Origin: the human T2T-CHM13v2.0 reference genome, Homo sapiens
Length of the DNA: 64,000 nucleotides
Assembly (NCBI RefSeq): GCF_009914755.1
Contig: NC_060935.1
Direction: 5' to 3' (one strand)
This document shows positions 27,447 through 40,640 of this stretch, piece by piece; position 1 is the stretch's first letter; each line of letters opens with the position of its first letter. Below the pieces are notes generated by a model, which was given only the letters and a program-made list of their open reading frames with translations, was not told where the DNA came from and did no database searches. A program made the translations under genes and the position numbers.

Positions 27447-27589
27447 AGCCAGGTGTGGTAATGCATGCCTGTAATCCCAGCTACCCAGCTACTCAGGAGG
27501 TTGGGGCAGGTGGATCACTTGAACCTGGGAGGTGAAGGCTGCAGGGCACTCCAGCCTGGGTGACAGAGTGAGACCCTGTCTCAAAAAAT
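27447..27589 (+). mobile_element. FRAM-like or truncated Alu right monomer
   Basis: Right monomer with an internal deletion; own TSD aaaag(c/t)ataag at 27438-27448 and 27590-27600. Confidence 0.85.
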
Positions 27590-28344
27590 AAAAGTATAAG
27601 TTACTTACCACGAAAAGTTGTCCTGATATTACTTTCCTCTAAGACCCTTTAACAGCTCCCTGCAACACTTGCCTTGGGAAATGGAGGTATTTACTGGCCT
27701 CCAGCAATCTTTTCCAGAGTCCTTAATCCACTCACAGAGTCACATTAGAAACAGATAGGAAAGAACCCTAACAGGCCAACCAGTAACTTTAATGACAGCA
27801 TGGGCTCCTGTGTGAGTTCATTTGCCACCATGCTGCAACGCTTTACTCTCTTGCCCTTTAAGATACTCTGCTGCATCTCTAGGTCCTAAATCCAAGCCTC
27901 CCTAGCTTTGTCTTTGGCTCTGGGTCCAGAACATTGCAGAGAACTTGGAATTGGTTTCTGCTTTGTTGTTTCTTCCAGTGTTGTCTGAAAGCATTGTCCT
28001 TTCCTTTACTAAGAAGTGCTGGGAGAGGACTTGTGCTCCAGTGACTCAAGCTGTAAAGCTACTTCCTTTCCTCCTGCCTGGCAGGACATTAGGGGATATT
28101 TCTAAGTCATGAGATGGTCTGCCTGGGTAGTGCCAGGGATCAGCTCACCCTCTAAATTTGGTAAAGAGCTAGGCAGAAATAAGGGTAGAGGCTTTCTTTT
28201 GGAGCTTCTCTGGAGAGTTTCCTATACCACAGTCCTGGTGATTTGTAGCTTGAGAACTCAGTCAACCCTGAGAGAACCTGGAGGTGAGTTTTTGGGAGGA
28301 GGGCCAGGCATACTGAGTATTATTTTTTTTTTTGGCAAATCCAG

Positions 28345-28708
28345 TGTCTTAATCTATTCAGGTTGCTGTAACAAAAACATAGACTGGGTAGCTTTTAAAC
28401 AACAGAAATTTGTTTTTTTTATAGTTCTGGAAGCTGGAACATCCAAGATCAAGGTGCTGGCAGATTCAGTGTCTGAGGAGGGCTGCTTCTGGGTTCACAG
28501 ACAGCTGCCTTCTCTCTGTCCTCATATAGTGGACAGGGAGAGTGAGCTCTCCAGGGCCTCTGTTAGAAGGGCACTAATCCCACTCATCAGGGCACTGACC
28601 TCATGACTTAATCACCCCCCAAAGGCCCCATCTCCTAATACCATCACATTGGGGGTTAGAATTTCAGCATATAAATTTTTGGGGCACACAAACGTTCAGT
28701 TTGAAGTA
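28345..28708 (-). mobile_element. MaLR solo LTR, MLT1A-like
   Basis: tgtcttaatctattcaggttgctgtaacaaaa...ccaagatcaaggtgctggcagattcagtgtctg...aataccatcacattgggggttag; TSD (t/c)ccag. Confidence 0.9.
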
Positions 28709-29431
28709 CCCAGTAGCTGCATAGAAATAGAGCCCACCCCCAACCCCATCCCAGAGAGGCTGGAGGTGGAGCTCAGAGCTGATCATGGGAGATTTGCAAG
28801 GGCAGGTCATTGTGGTTAGTCGACGGACATTTGAGAACACATTTCATGCTGAGTCTGTGGGTAAAAAAATACTTCCCTATGAGCTGATTTTAGTGCTGCA
28901 ATGGACCTCATCTCTGTGAGTCAAAAGGTCATCCTCCACAGCCATCATGTGACTGCAAATCAGAGAAAAGTGGAAACAACGGGCCTCTAGAAGTAATTTT
29001 ATACACCTCCTGCCTCTATTGCATTAAATCCAATAGACTGATAGCTAATGATTATTGAGCACTCATTATCTGCAAATACCATGCTAAGAGAATTATCTTA
29101 TGCATTCCTCCCAACAACCTTCTGAGCTTGTTTTCAGTTTAGCAGGCAGGAAAACTGAGGCCCAGAATCACTCATCAGGTTGACAGAGGTGGATGCCAGT
29201 TCAGCCTTAGCTGGATTCCCAAGCCAAGCCTCCTGCCCACCATGGACTGCAGCCTTCTGCAATGTGCTTAAGAGTGCCTTAAGCACCTGAGCACAGGGTG
29301 CCTCAAACTGTTGGTTTCTAGATGCCCCTGGCAGGACCATCTCAATCTGGACATTGCCATGAGCAGCTCTAGGGAGCTGTTTCCTGCCTCCCTTGCTAAT
29401 AAGTCCCAGTGTCCCATCACCCAAGCCAATA

Positions 29432-30203
<772 letters not shown>

Positions 30204-30212
30204 GTTGAGCAT

Positions 30213-30775
30213 CTACCCAAAATTCATCATGATGGAAATGCACTTTCTGTGTCCTGAACAAAGAGAAGAGAAGTCAGACTGGAGGAGAGGGTCTGTGCAG
30301 AGGCGAGGTGGAGAAAGAGGCTGGGATGGTGTGAGGGGCTCATAGGAGAGGGAAAGCACTGTTGATTTTCGAAACGGAAAACCGTATGACGAGAATGGCG
30401 CTTTGAGAAGATTCGTCTGGATGCATCGAGCAAAGTGGGTGGTAGGGACACAGATTAGAAGCAGGAAGACCAAATGCATGGGGATGGGAGATGATGAGGC
30501 CCTGAACAACAGTGAGGGTGGCCAGAAAATGAAAAAAAAAAGAAGTACCTGAGAAAGATGATGAAGAGTTACTATGACGAGTCAGTGAATGAATAAGGGG
30601 AACAAGAAATGGGGAAGAGGTGAAGATGACCCTGAGGTTTTAAGCCTCAGACAACGGAAAATGGTAACACCACTGATAGAAACAGGGAAGTCACGGGCAG
30701 ACATGCTGGGGCTGGGCGGGGTGGGGTGGGGGCGGGGGAGGAGATGTAGGATCAGTTTTGTTTTGAACAGGCTGA
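30213..30775 (-). mobile_element. L2 fragment (unusually CpG-rich)
   Basis: Purine-rich L2-like tract: gaagatgaccctgaggttttaagcct...atggtaacaccactgatagaaacagggaa. Confidence 0.55.
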
Positions 30776-32119
30776 TTTTGTGGTAATCTCTTCCACGGTT
30801 TCGCCTCATTTTTTTTTTTTCTCTCCTTCCTGACTTTTCGTCCTCTCTCTTTCTCGCCCCCTCCTCCCCTCTTTCCTCTTTTCATTTTCCCCTTTCTTTC
30901 CTGCCCCCTTCTTCTCTTGATTGATCACTTACTTATCATGCACTAGAGACAAATAAGTTTAATGGGCATTTCCCAGGCCTGAGGAAGAACCATTGAGAGG
31001 GGTCGGGTGCACGTCTTTGTCAAAGACAACAAAATAAATAAAACGTCCCTTTTTGCTGTTCCTGGCGTAACTGTTGGAATCTGGCCTGGTATGGGGAGTG
31101 GAGGTGGCAGATGAAAGGAGAACAAAAACAGTTCATGAGTATTGACTGCATGTGTCAGGCACGGTTCTAAACATTTGTGACCAGCATCTTACTCAAGGGC
31201 ATTAATTCCCATTTAGCAGGTGAGGAAAGTAAGGCAGGGGCGTGATGAAGTGCCTCACCTAAGGGAACACAGCTGCTAGGTAGTGGGGCGGGATTTTACT
31301 TGCCCAGCGTTTCTGAGTATCCGCCCTGAGCTAGGTAAAAGTGGCGGTCACCTTCCCTTCTTGAGGGGTACCTCACTTCTCCAGATCTTTCTGAAAGGCA
31401 GGCTCTTCGAAGCCCCTGGGAGGGTTTTCCTTCCACAGGTGGGCTTAGTGACCCAGCAGGGCCTGGAGCTTATGTGGGAAGCAAAAGACCTCTTTCCTCC
31501 TCCCAGTAGAAGGGAAGGCAAAATAGGAAACACACTCCTCGAGTATCTTTCCTCATTGTTAATCAGGTGACTGCTCCCAGGGATCTGTTTGCTGTAAATG
31601 CTGTGTGTTGATGGTGTTGTTCTAATATAGTCACCCACGTGCAAGTACATCCCAGTAAAAAAAAAAAAAAAAAAAAAAAAAAGGCCCTTAAGTGAAATAG
31701 GAGATGGGGGGAGGCGATGGAGGGAAGAGGAGATGGGAAATATTGTACTGCTCCTGTACAACAGCTCAAGGGATTTACTCTAGGCTGTCAGCGCCAAGTG
31801 AATATTGCTTATTCATGTGCAATCTAATCTTCCCCTCTGCCCAGAGGCTGAGGGCAGCAGGGGTGACCTGGTTGCAGAGGGACAAGGAGAAGATGGGGTC
31901 GGAGGGGGGTGGGCTTTCCTATGAGTGCGTGCTCAGGAGGGCTAGTGTTGGAAGAAATTGTTACTTGAATGGCTAGGATGGGTGCAGGGGGCAATGGTGG
32001 GGAGGGGGTACATAGGGGATGAAGATGGACTGGTGATCAGACACAGGACCCCTTGGTGGGCTGAGGAAGTGGCGAGGGTTGTGTGGCTCAAACATCTGGG
32101 GGATGGGAATTCCAGGAAC

Positions 32120-32640
32120 CCCTCCAGCGTGCTCCCTTGGGAGGATGGTTGAGCCGCAGATTGATGCACACGCCCAGGCAGAGAATGTCTTAATAACCCA
32201 CTCGGTGGGTGATGGATTATCAGAGGAGGAGCGGCGGAGCTCCGGCTTGGCCACCCCGAAGCTCCGACTCGATAACGTGATAATTCACTCAGGGGCACGG
32301 GGAAGAAGATTTCCCAACTGCGGCTAACCAATGTTGAAGACCTGAAAACAGCCACTTGGGACTGCTTTTATGTTCAGCTGTCGGCTTAGAAGCAAATGTC
32401 TAAGAGAACCTGGACACAGATCAAACGAATGTGCCGGGAACCGTATGCACTGCACACATCTGCTATTACGTCCCGCTGAGGGCCTGCGTGCCCAGCCTGC
32501 TCTCCTCCAGTCATACAGGAGGGGGGAATCGGGAAAGAGGAAGATCCCTCGGAAACACCTGATAGGGCCCATGCTGCAGCTGGCCTGGGTTTGTGGAGCA
32601 ACTCTTGCACAGAAACATCATGGAGTGGTGGACCGTCACC
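32120..32640. promoter_or_regulatory. CpG-enriched unique block (candidate enhancer or weak CpG island)
   Basis: About 20+ CpGs in ~520 bp by hand count; no repeat similarity; TGATGGAT and CCAAT motifs. Confidence 0.45.
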
Positions 32641-34199
32641 TCTGTAGGGCACAGTGATTGAGTGGGAAAGAAGACCAAATGGCCCTTTCTTTGACCTAGT
32701 GGAGGCCAAAGGGCTGGTGGCCAGAGGCCTGCTCTTCCCACAAGGGACTGGTCGTGGAGAGCCTGGGCTGGAGGAGAGCCCTGTCTTCCATGGGGGAGGG
32801 AAGGGCTCCCTAGAGCCATCAGGTGAATGGAAAGAAGACATCTTCCCTGGCAATCTGTCTGTTTTTCTTTTTCTCCACCTTCTACCAAAGGAATAACCTG
32901 CAGTATTTTTGTTTAAATCAAAAGCTGAGTTGGCTTGGGGGCTGGAAGCCTGTTGTTATTCTAACCATGGAAAGAGGTACGCTGCCACCTTCTTCAGAAC
33001 AGAAGGTGTAATAAGAATAATAGAAACACCAGCAGAGATCATTATTGAATGTCTGCCATGTGCCATCACAGCCACACTTGATCCTCAACAGCCTTGGGCA
33101 CCGGCATACTCCTCCCCCAACCTTAGAAACACTCATAAATACATTCCCCAGGATCAAAGAGTCTGGGAACTGCTACTGAAAATAAGCCCAGGTAGTTTCT
33201 GAGCAGGTGTGTGCTACTTTGGATTGGCTCTAGATGAATTATTAATTTACTAATACCTTTATTGGCTGGCTTATAGCAGGTGGGGATGAGAAACAGTAAA
33301 GCAACTGTACAGGTGAGAGGACATGCGTGACCATGAGGTTCAATACTGCAGCAAAGCCACGGAGGTCATCCACAGTAAGCTGTCCTCATGGAGATATTGC
33401 AGGCTGGCAAAAATACACAAGGAAGGTAAATAATATTAGACTCATTTTACCTAGGAAGAAACTGAAATTGAGAGAGGTGGAACAATTTTCCCAGAGTTAC
33501 ACAGCAAGTAAGTTCCAGAAGCAGGATTTGAACCCATGTCTGTTTGGTACCAAAACTACACATCCCAGCTCAGAGAAAGGCATTTGCAACACCATCCTGA
33601 ATACAAGGGAGACATTCAGTCCATCAGAATCCACACTTTCTGATAAAGATTGCACTGGGGATGAATCACAATAGGGAATTGTTCTATTGCTTCTAATATA
33701 AAGTGTCTTTATAGTACTGGAAGGTCATTTCCTAAACCAATTGCTCTATTTTTTTTTTTTTGACTAAGAGTCACAGTTACAGTCTCTAAGAGACACAGGG
33801 GCTCTTGGAGGTGATGTAGTTCAAGCCCTTCTTTTTACAGAAGGAAAAGAGGGCCAGAAAGAGGGACCAGGATGCTCAAGATTACATGGTGAGTGTACAC
33901 AGCTAATGCATGGTTGAGTCCAGAGTTCAGAAATTTGGACTCTTAGGCCCAAGCTCTTTCCACTGATCCCTGAACTTTCTTGCATCTTTGCGTTCTTCCT
34001 GTCATGAATGGCATGTGGAAATCCACCCTAACCTCTCTTAGTATAAAGAAGAAACTTTCATGACACAGTTTGCTACTCTCTCACTACTTATTCCCCTCTT
34101 GCCACTCAACTAATTAGACAGATGGCTTGGTACCAGTACAATCTACCTTGAGTCAAGGAAGGGGGCACACATTTTAAACATTCTTGGGCTATAAAAATA

Positions 34200-35720
34200 T
34201 TAGCATTAGTTTTTAAAAAGACATCTTCAAGACGTACATAAAACTATTCATGTTGAGTAGCCCTTGTCTGAAATGCTTGGGATCAGAAGTGTTTTGGATT
34301 TCATTTTTTTTTATTTGGTGATGTTTGATTAAACATACTCATTCAGCATCTCTAATCCAAAAATCTGAAATCTCAAATGTGCCAATGAGCATTTCCTTTG
34401 AGCATCATGTTGGCACTTAAATAGTTTTGGATTTTGGATTTTCAGATTAGAGATACTCAACCTATAGTAATTAAGACAGTGCTATGTAGGTGAAATGCCC
34501 ACAAACATGCCAATCAAATGTAGTACAGTCTAGAAACAAGCCCACACACATTCAGTAGCCTCATTTATGATAAAGATGACTCTGCAATGTTGTGAGGAAA
34601 GGATGACTTTTTCAATAATTTTTGGAACATAATAGAAGGATGTCTTCATGACCCAGGGTATATACAGCTTCTTTCAACAGGATGTAACAAGCCCAACCAT
34701 AAGGGAAAATTTGATTAATTGAACTACATTAAAATTAACAACTTCAATTAATTAAAAAACATAATTAAGCAAAAAGAGAAGTTTACGGAGTATGAGAAGA
34801 CACTTGTAAAGTATATCTATCAAAGGACTCATATCCACAATGTAAGAAAAAGGCAAATAATCCTATAGAAAAATGGGCCAGAAGACTTGAGCTGGCCTTT
34901 CTCAAAAGATCTCCAAGTGATCAATAAACATATGAAGAGGTGCTCAAGCTTTTTGGTGATCAGGAGTTTGTGAGTTAAAACCACAGTGAAAAATCACTGT
35001 TTTTTCTTTCTTTCTTTTTTTTTTTTAACAGCATGGCTAAAATAAGAAAAAGACAGACAATATCAAGTATTGATGAGGATGTGAACAACCAGAACTCTCA
35101 AATGCTAGGGAGGAGTGTAAATTGGAGCAAACATTCTGGAATACAGTTTGGTAGTATTGAAACAGTACTAATACGGAACCTACATATATCTTATTAGCCG
35201 GCAATTCTACTCTTAAGTTTAGAGCCAAAAGAAAAGCATACACACGTGTACCAAATGACACACAAAAGAATATTCAGAGCAGCATTTTAGTAAAAGCTAA
35301 ATACTGGAAACAACCCAAATGTTCATGAACAATGAAGTAGATAAATAAATTGCGTCTATCCACGCACTGGGATAATATATAGAAGTAAGAATGAGTGAGC
35401 AATAACCAGGCTGCAATGCAGATTAATCTCACAAATATAATGGCAAGTGAAAAAAAAACATGTGACAGAGAACATACTGAATCCATTTATATAGAAGTCG
35501 TAAACAAGTACAGCTAGCTAATCCATAGTGTTGGAAGTCAGGATGGTGATCATCCTCAAAGGGATATGGTAAGTGGGAAGGGGTGGAAGGGGACCTATTG
35601 AGGGCTGGGTGCAAACTTTCTATTTCTTGGTCTGGTTTCTGGTACATGGATGTATACATCTGGTGAAATTCATTGACTTGTACACCTATGTTAAATTTCA
35701 AGAACACGTGTCTTCAATTT
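34200..35720 (+). mobile_element. Old L1M(E) 3' region
   Basis: ttgaactacattaaaattaacaacttc; atcaaaggactcatatcc; ttagtaaaagctaaatactggaaacaacccaaatgttc. Confidence 0.85.
34249..34464. mobile_element. MER46A-like (Tigger MITE) inserted in L1
   Basis: TIRs gttgagta / tactcaac; tctgaaatgcttgggatcagaagtgttttggatt; ccaatgagcatttcctttgagcatcatgt. Confidence 0.85.
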
Positions 35721-35759
35721 TTTTTTCTCTTGCAAAATGGAAGTGAGGAGAATTGAGAG

Positions 35760-36260
35760 TAACATCTGTTTATACCTACTTCAGGGCTGTCAACGTGCTA
35801 GATATTTATTATACAGATGGTAACTCATATAATCCTCTCAGTCATCCCATGGCATAGGTGTTAGGTCCTCTACTTTACAGAAGAGGAAACTGACACTCAG
35901 AAAGGGTAATTGTTCAAGTCCATGCCCTTAGCAAGTGCTGGAACCAGATCTAACCTAAGATCCTAATCCAGGTTTGTCTGGGTCCAGAGCTCATCCTTTT
36001 TCTTTCATATCCTGTTGTTTTCAAGGAAAGAGCACTAGCTTTAGAGTCAGAAAATCTCATTTTGAATCCTAGTGCTGCCATTCACACCATACGATCTTAG
36101 GCAAATCACGTAATTTGGTGTGTTCTTATTCTCATTTTTCCGGGGAATTTTTGTGCGGTGGGGAGTGGATGGTACCAGGAAAGGGATCTGGCAGTGTGCA
36201 TAAAGCATGTAACAGAGCCTGCGCTCAGCAAGTGCGCAGTACTTTTTGGTTCATCCAAAC
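35760..36260. mobile_element. Two adjacent MIRs in opposite orientation
   Basis: tttacagaagaggaaactgacactcagaaagggtaa (minus), then agagcactagctttagagtcaga...tttgaatcct (plus). Confidence 0.65.
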
Positions 36261-37779
36261 CCTACTAGGCATGTGTGCCCTTCCTAGCAGGGGTGTGGAG
36301 TTCGAAGCAGAATTCACCATGCCCCTCTCCCTGGTGTTGCCATTCTAGTAAAATCAGATGAGCATGAACATCAAGGGCAACATTGGTGGGAAAAAGAGCA
36401 CTGTTCAGCCTGAGGGTGTGTGTGAAAGTGGGCAAGAGGTCTTGCTTTGGAGTTGAGGGAGCTTAGGGGCCAATGCAATACAGATGAATTGCAAGTTTGT
36501 TGTTTTAACACCAGCTGGCACAGCTGAGTCCATTTTCTCCCCTTGGGTCATCTCCTGGATAGAAGAGGGTAGGAATGTGGAGAAAAGAATGTCCAAAGCC
36601 TGTTAGAATCAGTTTCTTAAAGACAGCAGGTTCTGCAACATTTTTTCATGACAGAACTGAGCTAAACTTTTTTTTTTTTTTAGTCCTCTAAGAATTGTCA
36701 GGAAAGTGGATGGAAGGTAAATAGCATCTGTATTTGTTCGGCCGGTTGTCACCTGTCCCTAAGTCTCCTTATGTCTGCTGAGGAATTGAGAACTCCTTGA
36801 GGGTGTGGGGAGGGCTGGGGCCCTCTAGATATACCCTTCAGGGCAGGACATACAGATGGCATTTTATGTGAACTTATGGCCATGGTCATGTTCTGTACGT
36901 GAGGCACATGGAAAAATAGGTGCTAGTTACTTGCCTGGCTAAGGTTGGAAGAGTTATTCTTTTGTGTCCATGGCTAAAAGACCTTCTTCTCTTTTAAAGG
37001 TGCAAAGATCGGCACCATGGGCTGCTAGGGGAAAGCAAGCATTTTAGGAGAGAATGGGGAGCAGTGAGCAGGAGCCAAGGCCCCCCTTTGCCAGCCCCCA
37101 TCCCACCCCTCCTCTTCACTGAAGTCTTCATTTCTCTGTTCTAAATTGCACACATTGATCTGCTGTGTACGATGTTGCAAAGCAAGTTGGCAGGAGTACT
37201 GGAGTGTATCAGGTCTACTAGGGAATAAATATACTTGGGTTTTTAGTTTAAATGAGTGGAGAGTTGGGGAGTGGCTTGACAGCCATGGGGAGCCCAAGCG
37301 TTGGTTTCCCATCAAACAAACCCCTTTGTAGGTTGGAGCTGTCAGTCAATGCCAGCTCCTGGGTCCCTGCCCCTGGGGACAGGCATCCCCGCCCATGCTG
37401 CTGGCCTGCCACTTCGGAGAAGAGGCGAGGGTGGCTAGGTTGCGGGGAGGAGAGTCTTGAACACCAGTCTACCCTCTGCCCATTCAAGGCCTTGTCACTA
37501 AGGTAGGAGCCTTTCTAAGGGGAAGGAGAGAGGCCAGGTCCTCTGGGGACAGACCCTGGCCCGAGGCTCTGGGCTTTTCACAGCTGAGTGACCTGGATAC
37601 AGCCTGTATCCGATGCTTCCTTTTCTGATATTAATATCTTGATTAATTCCAGACCAATTGTTCTTTTTTAAAAAAATTTCCTAGCCTTTGGAAACCACCT
37701 ACTCTTCTCTGAGAATGACTTTGATTGAAGTTTGAAGTTTCAAGGTTCAGCTGTTTTCAAGTTAGTCGTTATTAGAAAA

Positions 37780-38960
37780 TGTAGCAATTTCCCCCTAGTA
37801 AAGAAAGAAAAGGTCCTTCCTCCCTCCGGTCTTTCCCTCCTCCCCTCCCCCATCCCCGTCTCCCCGTCTCCTGGTGTGTCGTAACTTTAAAAAGGCCTGC
37901 AAGATATAGTTATTTATTCTTCTCCATCCTTCCCTCAACTCGATTTTGGGCTGAGGCCAAAACTTGGGGGAAACAAAGAAGCAGCCATCCGAACAGTCTC
38001 CTTCAAAGCTCAGTGTTTGCGCTCGATCATGCTGCCTTCCTGATGCTGTAGTCTGAGGGTCGGCGGGAGTAGGGGATGATGAGATGGGGGGGCACGGGGC
38101 ATGCTCAGCACCCGCCAGTGCATGGGCCGTCCTCAGCCCGTGCCGGCACTGAGTGGTTATGAAAGACCCTCTTGTTCTGGGAGGCAGTCAGTCCGGAGGG
38201 AGCCTCCTCGGAAGGTAATTGCCTACTCCCAGGGTTGGCCTTGCTGAAATTTATAGCTCCGCTCAATAAAGCCATTGTGCGGCTCCTTAGGAAGCCATGG
38301 GGGTGGATTATTGCTTGGGAGCCAGGAGACATGGAACCCATGCAGGGCCGGGGTCCCCTGCTGGGGCACGTACAGGCTGAGAGGTTGGTGTCCCCACCCC
38401 TCCCTCATCCTCCAGGCTGTACCTCTATTCAGAAGGAGGCTGCCGGTACCTTAGTGCCCTCTGGAACGCTGAGCGGCTTGGCCCCGGATCTTGCTCCTGC
38501 TCCAGATGAGATGGGGAGGCCCTGGGAGGGAGGTCTTGCTTGGAAAGGATGGACGTAAGGGGCTGGTTCCCAAAAGAGAGCAGGAGCTCTTTCTGCCAGA
38601 CCAGCTGTACTTCATTAATGAGTCAAGCCAGAGGTCTAACCAATCCGTTGCTACTGGGACTTTCGTTTTTCTCCCCTGGTTTATTTTATTGCTATTCTGA
38701 GAGGTAAACATACACATACACCTCAACAACTCCAAGGCATAAAAAAAAAAAAAAAAAAAAAAAAAAGATTGGTTTCAGAAAGCTGGGGAGGTCAGAGCAA
38801 ATGCCCAAAGCCTAACCTGGAATTTCCCTGGGGGGGCGGATTAAAAGCAGTTGAGCCCCAAGCAGGGATCACCCTGGGTCACCTGACTGACCCCTCGCCT
38901 TCAGCCCCCCTCAACTCGGCTGCAGTCTTCTTAGGAGAGCGGACCTGAGTTCAGGAGGCT
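37780..38960. promoter_or_regulatory. GC/CpG-enriched unique block (candidate regulatory element)
   Basis: ~20 CpGs in 37960-38560; AP-1, CCAAT, X-box-like and FOX motifs at 38612-38710. Confidence 0.45.
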
Positions 38961-40640
38961 ATGCCTGGAACAAGCAGCTGAGAGGCAGAGCAGGCCTGTG
39001 CTACGAGAGGCTGGATGATGGGCCCAGGACAGCCCAAGGATTGAATGCAGAGGCAATGGGAAGAGGGGCAGGTAGAGAGGACCTTGGTGACTCGCAGCAG
39101 CGGAAATTCAAGTTTAGGTGGAGGGTGGGATGAAGGACACAGTCCCAGCTCCATGCATTGGCCAGGCAGGGTTGTGAGGTCTCTGCTCAAAGGGGTCCTT
39201 GGGATGGGTGTGGGAAGAAGCCTGCAGGTGGGCCCAACCAGTTCAGAGACACTCTGGGAGGCCCAGGCCTGGCAGGAACTCAACCCTTCTTAGGTCTTGC
39301 CATTATCAGCACTTATTTGTCCCTTGCCTCAACGAGGCTCAAATTAATCACTCCTGCCTCAAAATTAAAAAGGAAAAACTATAAACAGTCCCACTGATTC
39401 ATGAGTTCTTTTCAGAGCGGCTGGGCTGCAGCAGCTGCCCAAGGGGAAGTCGCAAGGCATCCCAGCTGGGAGTTCAGGCAGAAGTGGCCTGTGCGTGTAA
39501 ACACCTTGTCCTGTGGCCGATTTTGGTATTGTAAGGGGTATATTTGTTAAATTCCAGTCGATATTCAAGGGGCCCTGTGTTTACTCCATTAGGAAACCAG
39601 ATAGAGCTAATCAATGCTAGAAGGACTCTAGTTAACTCCTAAGGGAAGGCAAATACAAACAGTGGCATTCAAATCGATGTAAAATTCCCCCCGCTGCACT
39701 TGGGTAGGTGGCCGCCAACAGGCCAGTGCAGCAAGCCTGGGCTGACAGCTGGAGCCAGGCTCCTTCCTGGGGCTCAAGATTGGATAAAAGGCCTCCTGGA
39801 AGTCAGGGCTCTGCTGGATTCTGAGGCTGGCTCAGGTTGCATAGTACCTGTAGGCCTTGCGCAAATCAGCTGGCCTCCCTGACCCTCAGTCTCTTCATCA
39901 GAAGGGTAACCACTCATGTTGAAATGAAATGAAAAGTTCATAGAGGGCTTTCATTATCTTGCCTGATATTCACCGCCCTTTGAGATGGGCATCATCATCA
40001 TTATTTCCATTTCACAGGAAAGGAAAATGAAGCTCAGAGACCTTAAACAATGGAACTGAAGCCACACAGCAGATAAACAGCTGCATCTAATTCCATGTCC
40101 TCTGACTCCAAGCCACACATGCTTTTCCCTAGGCCATACCATTCCTTGAAGGACTTTTGCATGGCATTAGTGCATATCATCTATCCAACACCCAGAGGTT
40201 GTTATTACTATTACTACCATTTCACCAATGAAAAAGTAAAGTCCGAAGTTCAGAGATGCAAGGGTCCAAGGTCCTGTAGATTATGCAAGTTCTGAGCGTC
40301 AGCACCCTGCTTGATCACACCATATCGCATCTGTCAAGGGAGGGATTTGGAAGAGCTGCTATCTGGTGTCTTTTCTAAGTCAAACATACTGCAATGCTTT
40401 AATTTTCTTTCCTAACCTCACCTTATAGGATTTCTTCCTTTTGTACCACTACAGTCACAAATCAAAGTCAAGTGGCTCTACATGAGAGAGCAGGGAAACA
40501 TGGAGAGAATGAGCCCAGTTTGGTGCTGAGAGAGTGGCTCTCTCAGCTGCCCCGCACCTGCCCTCCCTGGCTCAGGAATATTCCTCTCTGGTCTTGGGGA
40601 CAATTCTTCAGAGGCAGCCACTCCTACAACTGTTCTTCTT

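Noticed and set aside
38104-38122. REST half-site TCAGCACC
   Set aside because: The right half-site (GGACAG) is absent at canonical spacing
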